From the NCBI GenBank assembly GCA_035542615.1, contig DATKLB010000195.1:1-41875 (forward strand): a stretch of DNA of 41,875 bases. Direction: 5' to 3'. The notes below the pieces were generated by a model. It was given only the letters and a program-made list of their open reading frames with translations, ran no database searches and had not been told where the DNA came from. This document shows, piece after piece, positions 33,788 to 41,875 of the stretch (its first letter is position 1; every line of letters starts with the position of its first letter). A program made the translations under genes and the position numbers. Source of the stretch: Spirochaetia bacterium. Lineage in GTDB: Bacteria > Spirochaetota > Spirochaetia > SZUA-6 > Fen-1364.

Positions 33788-34711
33788 TCACGTGCGTCGC
33801 ACGAGCGCCGCGAGCCGCTGGAGAAGCGAACGGGCGCGCTTGAGCAGGCGAAATCCGCTTCGAACGTTCGAGAAGTCCTCCGCCGCCTCCTCGAGGGTGA
33901 ACAGCGGGCCATACCGTGCGTTCAGCTCTCCCCAATGTTTGCCAATGAAGACGTACAGGTCCGCTTCCGTCGTACCGGGGAAACGGGAGATGAGACCGGA
34001 TTCCCTGATGATCGCGATGATGGGCACGTAGACGTTGTCATACCAGGACATCGCCGCCTCATCGAAGGGGATCTCTTCCGTCCTGTTCAGGTTGATGTAC
34101 CACTTGTGCTCGCGGATGTGGGACAGGAGCTCGTCGTAGCGCCCGATCTCCGTGAACTCTATAGAGCAATCCGGCCGATGCTTGTCCAGCTTCGTGGCCT
34201 CGAAGAACTTCCGCTTCTCGAACTGGATGACGGCGCGCTTGACCTCGTCCCTGGTCATATCGGGCGTAAGAGCGATCTCCGACGCCAGGGAAGTGACCTC
34301 GGCGTCGATGAACTCCGCTCCCTGGGCCTTGGCAACGGAAACGCGATGGTTTCCGTCCCTGACAAAGTATGCCCCGCCGATCTCGAACAGCTTGATGGGG
34401 GGCAGAATGATGTTGCGGTAGTGGGCCTCGTCCACGCGCATCCACCGGCGCATCAGCTTGTCGTGCCGGGGCAGAAACGCCCTGTTGAAGTCCCGGTATC
34501 TCCCCTCGCTTCCGACGATCTTGTCCAGAGGGACCGTCCGCATCCCCTTGTATGTCTCCGATTCCGGCCGCAGGAGGGATCGTATGTCGCCGAGGGACAG
34601 CATCTCGTCCTTTTGCGGCTTGAGCAGGGCGAGAATGCGCGCGAGGGACTCCTTCATCCGGGCCCTGCTGAAATCCTGACGCGTCATCGAGCTGTAGAGG
34701 TTGTCGCTCAC
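33788..34711 (-). CDS. ParB-N-terminal-domain (ParB/Srx fold) protein with a C-terminal DUF4032-like region
   Basis: The ParB-box-like core is LPPIKLFEIGGAYFVRDGNHRVSVAKAQG. The long C-terminal region has no motif I can name. The GTG start overlaps the upstream TGA (GTGA). The family assignment is from memory. Confidence 0.65.
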   Translation of the reverse strand: MSDNLYSSMTRQDFSRARMKESLARILALLKPQKDEMLSLGDIRSLLRPESETYKGMRTVPLDKIVGSEGRYRDFNRAFLPRHDKLMRRWMRVDEAHYRNIILPPIKLFEIGGAYFVRDGNHRVSVAKAQGAEFIDAEVTSLASEIALTPDMTRDEVKRAVIQFEKRKFFEATKLDKHRPDCSIEFTEIGRYDELLSHIREHKWYINLNRTEEIPFDEAAMSWYDNVYVPIIAIIRESGLISRFPGTTEADLYVFIGKHWGELNARYGPLFTLEEAAEDFSNVRSGFRLLKRARSLLQRLAALVRRT

Positions 34712-35361
34712 CGCGAGATCTCCAGGGAAAGCACGGCGTGGTCATACGCGTTCACCACCGTCGTATCAGCATACTTCGCTTCCCGCGCCGCGTTGCGGTC
34801 ATAGAGGTGGACATGGCCGTGCACGAGGTACGCGGGACGGAAGTGCCTCATGAACCACAGAAAGACGCGAAAGCCGGTGTGGCTGGCGTCGGGGAGGTCG
34901 TTGATGCCGTACGGAGGCGAATGGGTGAGAAGGATGTCGATGAACCTGCCCCTGATGATCCTGTTCCAGAGCATCCCCGGCATGAGTCTGAGAATGCGCA
35001 GGAACATCCCGAAATCCGTGTACTGGTTGTCTCCGCCGTTGTACCAGATGCTGCCGCCCAATCCGGCCACGATGAGACCCTTCACGCACGTGACTCTTCC
35101 TTCCACATCCATCGCTCCAACGCCAAGCTCCCAGGCGGACAGCGCAACTCCGAAGGGGTCGAGCCGATGAAGCAGACCCTCGAGCTGGTGGTTTCCGAAG
35201 ACGAAGAGCAGAGGCTTGTTCAGCGTGCTCACGATGAAATCGTAGTACTCGAGGGCCAGGTCTCCCGCGCTCAGCACGAGATCGATGTCGGAAAACCTGC
35301 CCTTCAAGTTCGCGCTGTAAATGACCGGGTCGATGTGGTCGGCGATGCAGAGAACCTTCAT
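34708..35361 (-). CDS. Calcineurin-like metallophosphoesterase
   Basis: ORF trimmed to MKVLCIADH. The motifs are IADH, SAGDL, FGNH, LTHSPP and GHVH. ATG 35373 is an alternative start. Confidence 0.8.
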   Translation of the reverse strand: MKVLCIADHIDPVIYSANLKGRFSDIDLVLSAGDLALEYYDFIVSTLNKPLLFVFGNHQLEGLLHRLDPFGVALSAWELGVGAMDVEGRVTCVKGLIVAGLGGSIWYNGGDNQYTDFGMFLRILRLMPGMLWNRIIRGRFIDILLTHSPPYGINDLPDASHTGFRVFLWFMRHFRPAYLVHGHVHLYDRNAAREAKYADTTVVNAYDHAVLSLEISR

Positions 35362-35376
35362 CCTGCTCTGCATCCC

Positions 35377-35405
35377 ACTATAGCGAAAGAGGTTGGGGGC
35401 TTCAA
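35377..35405 (-). promoter_or_regulatory. Promoter TTGAAG-17-TATAGT for the phosphoesterase/ParB-like pair
   Basis: The minus strand reads TTGAAG (35405-35400), a 17-nt spacer, then TATAGT (35382-35377). ATG 35361 is 16 nt from the -10, giving a ~9-nt leader. Confidence 0.55.
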
Positions 35406-35542
35406 CGCGCCGGGCCGAGGTCCGGCCCACAGAGAGCCGCCGGGATCAAGGTGCGCGTCACGCTGCCGACGATTGAAGAAGAGAGCGCGACGCGCACCTG
35501 TGCACGAGCGCGCGGTCGGGGTATACTAGGAGGGGGAACGAG

Positions 35543-36226
35543 ATGCTGAGACGAGCCGCCTTTGTGTTCGCGGTTCTGGCGGCTGGACTGCCGGTCTTTG
35601 CCGCATCGACTTTTTTTCAGAAAGGCGAGGCGCTTTTCGTCCAGAACCAGCCCCGCGATGCCGAGCCGCTGCTCGAGAGCGCCCTCACCGACGACCCTTC
35701 GAACGAGAAGATCTACCTGTACCTCGGGATCATCTATCAGCAGCTCGGTGACCTCGACAAGGCAATCGACATCCTCAAACGCGGCCTTCCGGTGTCGACC
35801 TCGTACAGGGATCTGCTCTATTACAACATCGGAAACGACATGTTCGCGCGGAAACAGTACGCGCTCGCCGAGCAGATGTACTCCGAGGCCCTCGGCGTCA
35901 ACAAGGACCTCGCGGACGGATACCTGAACAGGGCGAACGCGAGGCTCCAGCTGCAGAGCTACGACGCGGCCGTGGAGGACTACACCGTGTTCCTCCAGCT
36001 GCAGCCGCAGGATCCCCAGCGCCCGAAGATCGAAGAGGTGATACGGCTCCTGCGCCAGATGAAGGAAGCAAAGCAGAAGCAGCAGGAAGAGGAGATCGCC
36101 CGGCAGAAGGCGCTCATGAACGATGTCATGAGCAGTCTCAACAACGCGGGGGACGACACCAAGAACCTGTCCGTGGAGTCCATCAAGGCGAAAGACGACC
36201 CGGTCAGCGTCGACATCAAGGACTGA
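35543..36226 (+). CDS. Secreted TPR-repeat protein
   Basis: RBS AGGAGGGGG and signal peptide AAFVFAVLAAGLPVFAAS. The TPR units include IYLYLGIIYQQLGDLDKAIDILKRGL and GYLNRANARLQLQSYDAAVEDYTVFLQLQP. It has a coiled-coil tail. Confidence 0.8.
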   Translation: MLRRAAFVFAVLAAGLPVFAASTFFQKGEALFVQNQPRDAEPLLESALTDDPSNEKIYLYLGIIYQQLGDLDKAIDILKRGLPVSTSYRDLLYYNIGNDMFARKQYALAEQMYSEALGVNKDLADGYLNRANARLQLQSYDAAVEDYTVFLQLQPQDPQRPKIEEVIRLLRQMKEAKQKQQEEEIARQKALMNDVMSSLNNAGDDTKNLSVESIKAKDDPVSVDIKD

Positions 36227-36232
36227 AAGCCG

Positions 36233-38233
36233 ATGAAAACACCCGTACCCGGTCGCGGCGTGAGCCGCGACAATTCAGCTGGAAAAAGCCGCACTGGCGG
36301 CCGTGCCGAAGTCCGGACCGGGAAAAGCGCAGCGTCCACTCCCGGCGCGCGCAGCACCCACCGGGATCTCCCGGAGAAACCGCACAAGCGCTCACGCGCG
36401 CTCCTTCTCGGAGGAATCGTTCTTCTTCTCCTGCTTGCCGGCGGGGGCATATTCCTCGGGATCAATCTCAAGAAAGCCGCCGACGCCAACCATGTCACGG
36501 AAACCCTGAAGCAGGCTTGGTACTATGACGGCAAAGGCGAGTACGAGGAAGCGCTGAAGCTCCTCAACAGCCTCGACATCGATGACCTCCGGGTCAAGCA
36601 GGCTCTCGACCAGGTCCTCGCCCACAAGAAAGCCGCCGACGAGGCTGCCCGACAGCAGCAGCTGTCCGCCATTCTTGCCCAGCAACAACAACTTCGGGCC
36701 GGCCTGAACGAGCTCGGCGAAAAGCTCAAGTCCCAGCCCCAGAAGATCGTGATTCAGCAAACGCAGCAACCGGAGAAAACCGCGGCGGAGACCGCGACGG
36801 CAGCGGAAAAGGAGCGCTTAAAGGCGGAGAACGAGCGCAAGAAAAAGGTGCAGGACCTGTTGCAGAAGGGAGCGGCAGACTTCAACGCGGGTAGATACTC
36901 CGACGCGCGCAAGGACTTCGAGCAGGCGGCAGCGCTCGACCCCAATAACGCGGACGCCCTTGCGTATGCCGGCCTGTCCTACCTGCGCGAAAATCCCAGC
37001 GACCCGGTGAACGTGCAGAAGGCAGTCGACCTGTCGAACAAGGCAATCAGCAAGAATCCCGATTTCTGGCTTCCCCACAGGACTCTCGGCGAGATCTATG
37101 ACAGCCGCAAGCTGGCCGATGACGCGATGCGGGAATACAAGACCGCGGCCCGACTGAACCCCGACGACGTCGACACGCTCTTCGCCCTCGGCAAGCTCCA
37201 GTACCGGGCTCGGTTGTTCCCGGATGCGCTGAAATCGTTCGAGGGATGCGTGAAGCTGCGCCCGGATTTCACCTCGGCGCACTTCAACAAGGCCATGACG
37301 CTCGTGCAGCTGGGCGACAGCTCCCGGGCACTCGATGCGTTCAAAGCAACCCTCGCCACGAAGAAGGATTTTGCGGACGCCTACTACATGATTGGAAGTC
37401 TCCTTCGGGAAAAAGGCGATGCCGCGGGCGCCGTGGAGTATTTCAAGCAGGCGGTGCAGTACGCGCCGGACAAGCCCGGTTTCCTGCGCGAGCTGGGAGC
37501 GGCATACATGGTTCGCGGCGACTTTGCCAGCGCGGAGGGCACGTACACCAGGGCTCTTTCCTTCGAGCCCGAAAGCGCCACGGCCAACTACAATATGGCA
37601 TCCGTCAAGATCAAACTGGGCAAACCGAGCGAAGCGCTTGCGTACGCGCAGAAGGCCGTGGCAAAGGACCCTGACTCGGCCGGGGACAACTACATTCTCG
37701 GGCTTGCAAACGAGAAACTGGGCAACTCTGACGACGCTGTCAGGTACTACGGAATAGCGGTTCAGAAGGACCCGAAGTTCGCTCCGGCGCTGATCAATCT
37801 GGGCGGCATCTATGACAGCAAGGGAATGCCCGACCAGGCCCTCCCTTTCCTGCAGTCAGCGGTGGAAATCGCCCCGGACTCCTACGAGGCGCACAACAAT
37901 CTCGGCAACGTGTACCTTCACAAGCAGCAGTTCCCTGACGGCATCACCCAGCTTACACGGGCTCTCTCGCTGAAGCCCGATGCTCGCGACACGCAGTACA
38001 ACCTGGGGCTGGCCTATTCGGAGACGGGCCAGACAACCGAGGCCAAGACCGCGTTCATCGCGGTGCTCCGTCTCGACCCGACGTACTGGGACGCCTATCT
38101 GAACCTGGCGCGGATTCTTGTCAAGGAAGGAAACACCAAGGATGCGAAAGACATCCTGACAAAGCTGTTGGCGAAGACTCCCAAGGCCGACGTCAAGCAG
38201 GAGGCGAAGAAGCTCCTGGACCAGATGCAGTAA
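36233..38233 (+). CDS. Membrane-anchored multi-TPR protein
   Basis: A basic N-terminus, one TM (ALLLGGIVLLLLLAGGGIFLGI) and a coiled-coil are followed by about 10 TPR units (for example ALAYAGLSYLRENPSD..., AYYMIGSLLREKGDAAGAVEYFKQAVQYAPD). Confidence 0.8.
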   Translation: MKTPVPGRGVSRDNSAGKSRTGGRAEVRTGKSAASTPGARSTHRDLPEKPHKRSRALLLGGIVLLLLLAGGGIFLGINLKKAADANHVTETLKQAWYYDGKGEYEEALKLLNSLDIDDLRVKQALDQVLAHKKAADEAARQQQLSAILAQQQQLRAGLNELGEKLKSQPQKIVIQQTQQPEKTAAETATAAEKERLKAENERKKKVQDLLQKGAADFNAGRYSDARKDFEQAAALDPNNADALAYAGLSYLRENPSDPVNVQKAVDLSNKAISKNPDFWLPHRTLGEIYDSRKLADDAMREYKTAARLNPDDVDTLFALGKLQYRARLFPDALKSFEGCVKLRPDFTSAHFNKAMTLVQLGDSSRALDAFKATLATKKDFADAYYMIGSLLREKGDAAGAVEYFKQAVQYAPDKPGFLRELGAAYMVRGDFASAEGTYTRALSFEPESATANYNMASVKIKLGKPSEALAYAQKAVAKDPDSAGDNYILGLANEKLGNSDDAVRYYGIAVQKDPKFAPALINLGGIYDSKGMPDQALPFLQSAVEIAPDSYEAHNNLGNVYLHKQQFPDGITQLTRALSLKPDARDTQYNLGLAYSETGQTTEAKTAFIAVLRLDPTYWDAYLNLARILVKEGNTKDAKDILTKLLAKTPKADVKQEAKKLLDQMQ

Positions 38234-39908
38234 CGGGAGGCCTGTCCACCAGCTTCCGCAGCTCGTCTTCCGACAGCTCGTGCCACAGAGGCCGACCATG
38301 CGGGCATCGGGGAACCGCCAGCCGCAGTGACTGGGCGCACAGCTCGCGGGCCGTCATAGGATCAACCGCGTCGCCTTCCTTGATTGCCAGGCGGCACGCG
38401 GCAGTGGCCCGAAGCGCTTCCCTCCATTCTTCCCCGCCCGCGCCGCGCACCAGCTCAACCAGAACGTCCTCGCGAAGCGGCCGAAAATCATCCGAGATGG
38501 CTGTGATCTCGTAGGAGCGGGACCCCACCCGTCTGATCTGGATCCCCATGCCGGCCAGGTCTTCCAGGTTCGCCTCCAGGCGACCTTCTTCTTCCTCTGA
38601 AACGTCAAAGGAAAGCGGGAACAGCATCTCCTGCAGCTTTGGAACGCGCGTTCCCAGCCGTTCATAAATGATCCGCTCGTGGGCCGCATGCTGATCGAGA
38701 ATCAGAAGCCGGCCCGACAGCTCGAAGACCAGGAAGACGCCGAAGACCTGGCCGAGAAACCGGATTCCCGCGGTATCGGCCTGCACAGGCGGCAGCGATT
38801 TTTCCGGCGGCAGAAATGGCAGAGCCCCGCCGCCGGCCGCAGGGGCCGAGACGGCCTTCCGGAGTCTGGCCGGCTCGAAAGGCGATTGAGACAGCTTTGC
38901 CGTCCCAAGTCCGGCGCGCACCGCCGCCACGACAGACGAGTGGACCTCGGGAAGGTTGCGGAACCGGACCTCTTTTTTCGCCGGGTGGATGTTGAAGTCG
39001 ACGAGACCGGGGTCGATGTCGATGAACACAAACGCGATCGGGTACCATCCTCCCGGCACAAAGCCGGAAAACCCGTATTCGGCCGCCTGCATCAACGAGT
39101 ATTCGGATACCCTGCGGCGGTTCACGAAGACCTGGATGAGCTTCCTGTCCCTTCTTCGAACCTCCGGCCGCGCTGCCACGACCTCCGCCGCAAATCCGTT
39201 CCCCCGCGCGGCTGACTCGAAGAGCATTCGCGGATCGATCTGCTGGGGGTAGGAGAGCGAAATCCTCTCCACGTGCGAAGCCCGCGGCAGCGAAAGCTTG
39301 ACCTCCCCGTCCGTGAACAGGCGGAAAGTTATCGCCGGATGAGAGACCGCCCTGTCGATGAAGATCGCCCTGCACAGGCTGGACTCGGCAGAGACGCTGC
39401 GCAGAAACTTTTTTCTCGCGGGAAAATTGAAGAAAAGCTCGGCAACGTCGACGACAGTTCCTTGTCGTCCGTGACTGGCCTCGATCCCCTGGACGACGCC
39501 CCCGACGACCTCCAGTCGATGCGCCGGCTCGTTCGCGGCCTCACAGCTCGTGATTGTCAGCCGACTGCAAATGGCGATGCTGGCGAGCGCCTCTCCGCGA
39601 AAGCCCAGCGTCGACACCCGAAGCAGGTCGTCTTCCGACTCGATCTTGGAGGTGGCGTGGGGCTTCCAGCAGTCGGCAAGGTCTTCACGACCCATGCCTG
39701 CACCGTCATCCACGACACGGATGCGCCCGAGGCCACCGGCCTCGAGAAAGACGTCAATCGCCGAAGCGCCGGCGTCGATTGCGTTGTCGAGCAGCTCCCG
39801 CAGGATGGAGAACGGCCGGTCGATGACTTCGCCGGCCGCGATCTTTCGGGAGACCTCCTCCCGGAGGATTCGAATCCTCCGGGGTCGGGGCGGGGATTCA
39901 GGCATCAT
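38193..39908 (-). CDS. mutL: DNA mismatch repair endonuclease MutL
   Basis: The GHKL ATPase motifs are KIAAGEVIDRPFSILRELLDNAIDAGA, VVDDGAGM and GFRGEAL. The endonuclease motif is DQHAAHERIIYE and the C-terminal motif is CPHGRP. The 3' end overlaps the TPR gene by 41 nt. Confidence 0.92.
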   Translation of the reverse strand: MMPESPPRPRRIRILREEVSRKIAAGEVIDRPFSILRELLDNAIDAGASAIDVFLEAGGLGRIRVVDDGAGMGREDLADCWKPHATSKIESEDDLLRVSTLGFRGEALASIAICSRLTITSCEAANEPAHRLEVVGGVVQGIEASHGRQGTVVDVAELFFNFPARKKFLRSVSAESSLCRAIFIDRAVSHPAITFRLFTDGEVKLSLPRASHVERISLSYPQQIDPRMLFESAARGNGFAAEVVAARPEVRRRDRKLIQVFVNRRRVSEYSLMQAAEYGFSGFVPGGWYPIAFVFIDIDPGLVDFNIHPAKKEVRFRNLPEVHSSVVAAVRAGLGTAKLSQSPFEPARLRKAVSAPAAGGGALPFLPPEKSLPPVQADTAGIRFLGQVFGVFLVFELSGRLLILDQHAAHERIIYERLGTRVPKLQEMLFPLSFDVSEEEEGRLEANLEDLAGMGIQIRRVGSRSYEITAISDDFRPLREDVLVELVRGAGGEEWREALRATAACRLAIKEGDAVDPMTARELCAQSLRLAVPRCPHGRPLWHELSEDELRKLVDRPPVTASGPGASSPPA

Positions 39909-39912
39909 GGCC

Positions 39913-41875
39913 CTACAGGTGAATGGAGGTCGTTATCGAAACGGATGTCGTCATATCAGGCAGAGTGTTTCCCGGGCCATAGCGCAACGAGCCATCGGGA
40001 TTGACCACGGGCGTGATCGTGTACAGCAGAGAGACATCCATGATCGGGCTCACCGGGTAACTGATCTGCGCGGTCATCGAGGTATTCGCGTTGAACACGG
40101 CATCCGACAGAGTCGAGGGAAGACCGGCGCCCGAGAACAGGTTCGAGCGCTCATACGAGATCGAGCCCCAGACCTTGACGATGGGAATGACACCTCTCTC
40201 GATCTCGAAGCTCGCGATGAAGTGGTCCGGGTTGTTCGGATCCGGTCCCCATGAGCCCGATTGATTGATTGTCCAGGGCCAGAAATAGCCCAGCCGCAAG
40301 GCAAATATCCTGTTCAGCGTGAGCCTACCCTCGCCGTAAATTCCCATCTTGATGTTGTCATAGATCGGATTGTTGATGTCAGCCAGGTATTGAAGGACGC
40401 CCAGGACATACGCCGAGCGGTTCTGCCCGTAGGCGGTGTCGAAGAGTTGCGGCTGGAACGTGCCGGTGAAATACCGGTACTCCAATCTCCAGAGGAAATC
40501 GGGAATGATCAGGTTCCCGAAGAAGCCCGTCGCCGTTCCCCAGTTCTTCACGGAGGAGCTGGATGACGGATTGTAGACCGCGTTCCAGGAGAACCCCGGC
40601 GAGAGAGAAGCAAAGCTCGGGTCGGTAGGCGTCGAACGCAAGTAGGGAACCGTGACAGCTCCGTCGGCAAAGAGGGCGAGCCCGAAGAAGTCGCTCTCCA
40701 CAAGAGGCAATTCGAAATCCACGCCAGGGTTGATGAAGATCGGGTTGCCTGCCGCGGCCGGTCCGTACAGCCCCGGGTTCGCGGGATCGAAGAAGTCTCT
40801 GGCCGGGTTCAGGTCAACCACCGCCGAAAGTCCGAGCGCGCTCCGGAAGCCGGGGATGGGGCGGACATAGACCCTGCCGCTGATGATATCGGGGGGATAC
40901 ACGGTTCCGTTTGCGATGTTCGGGGTGGCATCGTTCATCATTACCTCGAACCCTCCGGCCGGGGTGTCAACCCCGATGTTCACCCCGACACGCCGCACCG
41001 CGGGGAACTCGGCATCGTTTGCGAAGTCTCTCATGAGGAGGCCGTGTCCAATAGTGATATGCTCCAGTGTGCCCACCTTCAGGAAGAACGGATCCTGCTG
41101 CCGGCCATATTCGATGTACGTGACCTTCAGCAGCAGGTCGCGCGTGATGTCCGCCGCCACGAGGCCGGGATTTCCTCCCTGGTCGGTGCCAAAGCTCCAT
41201 TCGTCGTTGCCGGCTGGTCGGTACCATTCCGCAGAATCGAGCATGTTGTTCTGGTAGATGATGGGCAGGTACAGGGCAAGCTTCAGCTTCCCCAGGGTGA
41301 AAGTCGGCTCCAGGATGGCCTTCCCGTACGTCTGGCCTCCGATCGTGACCGAGCCGATCTCCATGCCGAGGATGTCATGCAGCGCCGTGAAGATGGTGTC
41401 CATGAAGCCCGGAGAGGTTGTCGAGCTCTGCGGAGGCTGCTGGCCTTGATTCTGCAGCTCCTGCTGATCGGCTTTCTCAAGCGCGTTCGCCGCGCCCGGA
41501 TCAAGCTTGCTGAACGTCATTTCCTTCTGCAGGCCCGAGAGCACATCCTGCGGGATCGGGGCCACCTGGAAAGAAGCGGCCAGGGAGTCGGCAAAGTCGC
41601 CCTGGGGCACATCGAGCTCCTTGCCAGAGGCGACATTCTGAATCCACCCCGTTCCTTCCAGGGTATAGAGCCGGGAGGTCGTTGCCTCGAGGAACTCAAC
41701 AACGATATCCGATCCTCGGACGCCGCAGATCGCTGACTGCGTCCTGATCTGGTACTTGTCCTTTCCGGATGCCCTGCCTGCCACGGTTCGCACTTTTCCG
41801 ACTCCGAGGGAGAACACGTCCTGCCCACCGGTCTCAGTGCGAAGACCTTCGATCGTGAAGTTCGTGTTCTGGGAA
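39913..41875 (-). CDS. FecR-domain envelope protein with a large beta-rich C-terminal region; the N-terminus lies beyond the right window edge
   Basis: The reading frame stays open to the window edge: my translation upstream of GTG 41817 gives SQNTNFTIEGLRTETGGQD. The FecR-like segment is GKVRTVA..YQIRTQSAICGVRGSDIVVE. The C-terminal ~500 aa is rich in Gly, Asn and aromatic alternating segments. The stop lies 4 nt before the mutL start. Confidence 0.7.
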   Translation of the reverse strand, partial: SQNTNFTIEGLRTETGGQDVFSLGVGKVRTVAGRASGKDKYQIRTQSAICGVRGSDIVVEFLEATTSRLYTLEGTGWIQNVASGKELDVPQGDFADSLAASFQVAPIPQDVLSGLQKEMTFSKLDPGAANALEKADQQELQNQGQQPPQSSTTSPGFMDTIFTALHDILGMEIGSVTIGGQTYGKAILEPTFTLGKLKLALYLPIIYQNNMLDSAEWYRPAGNDEWSFGTDQGGNPGLVAADITRDLLLKVTYIEYGRQQDPFFLKVGTLEHITIGHGLLMRDFANDAEFPAVRRVGVNIGVDTPAGGFEVMMNDATPNIANGTVYPPDIISGRVYVRPIPGFRSALGLSAVVDLNPARDFFDPANPGLYGPAAAGNPIFINPGVDFELPLVESDFFGLALFADGAVTVPYLRSTPTDPSFASLSPGFSWNAVYNPSSSSSVKNWGTATGFFGNLIIPDFLWRLEYRYFTGTFQPQLFDTAYGQNRSAYVLGVLQYLADINNPIYDNIKMGIYGEGRLTLNRIFALRLGYFWPWTINQSGSWGPDPNNPDHFIASFEIERGVIPIVKVWGSISYERSNLFSGAGLPSTLSDAVFNANTSMTAQISYPVSPIMDVSLLYTITPVVNPDGSLRYGPGNTLPDMTTSVSITTSIHL

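Overview
GC-rich (judged by eye, not computed), very tightly packed chromosomal window. It appears to come from a diderm bacterium; the gene content (many TPR, PEGA and FecR envelope proteins, Mla, Rnf, GH57) looks spirochaete-like, but that is a low-confidence inference. I call about 40 protein genes in 11 alternating-strand blocks. Most are joined by 1-8 nt start/stop overlaps (ATGA, GTGA, TGATG). Recognisable genes are ftsY, a PEGA protein, a cheY-like receiver, prfB (with its programmed +1 frameshift), a GH57 glucan enzyme, rnfC-D-E-A, mlaE-F-D, a B12-radical-SAM enzyme, pcnB, hisS, an M28 peptidase, a ClpX paralogue, aroA-aroB plus a cNMP-binding regulator, a PHP phosphoesterase, an M23/LysM peptidase, PBP1A, gcvH, a ParB-N-domain protein plus metallophosphoesterase, two TPR proteins, mutL and a FecR-domain envelope protein. 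I found no rRNA, tRNA, CRISPR array, transposase, integrase or phage genes, and no clear defence island. The most noteworthy observations are: (1) an Rnf-type cluster reduced to C-D-E-A with no room for rnfG or rnfB and with altered cofactor motifs, co-transcribed with a DUF212 protein, an unknown polytopic membrane protein and GH57; (2) an orphan Cas2/VapD-fold gene heading the prfB-cheY-PEGA-ftsY operon; (3) a low-GC intergenic hairpin with a CCCCUCCC (anti-Shine-Dalgarno) loop followed by the only textbook terminator in the window, a candidate sRNA; (4) a 123-nt nested GC-helix element between the cNMP regulator and the ClpX paralogue; (5) a recurring TTGACA-16/17-TAnnnT promoter layout that places the start codon 0-10 nt from the predicted transcription start (leaderless or near-leaderless mRNAs). 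Many long antisense ORFs in the track are GC-driven artefacts. All functional calls rest on motif recognition by eye; no searches were run.
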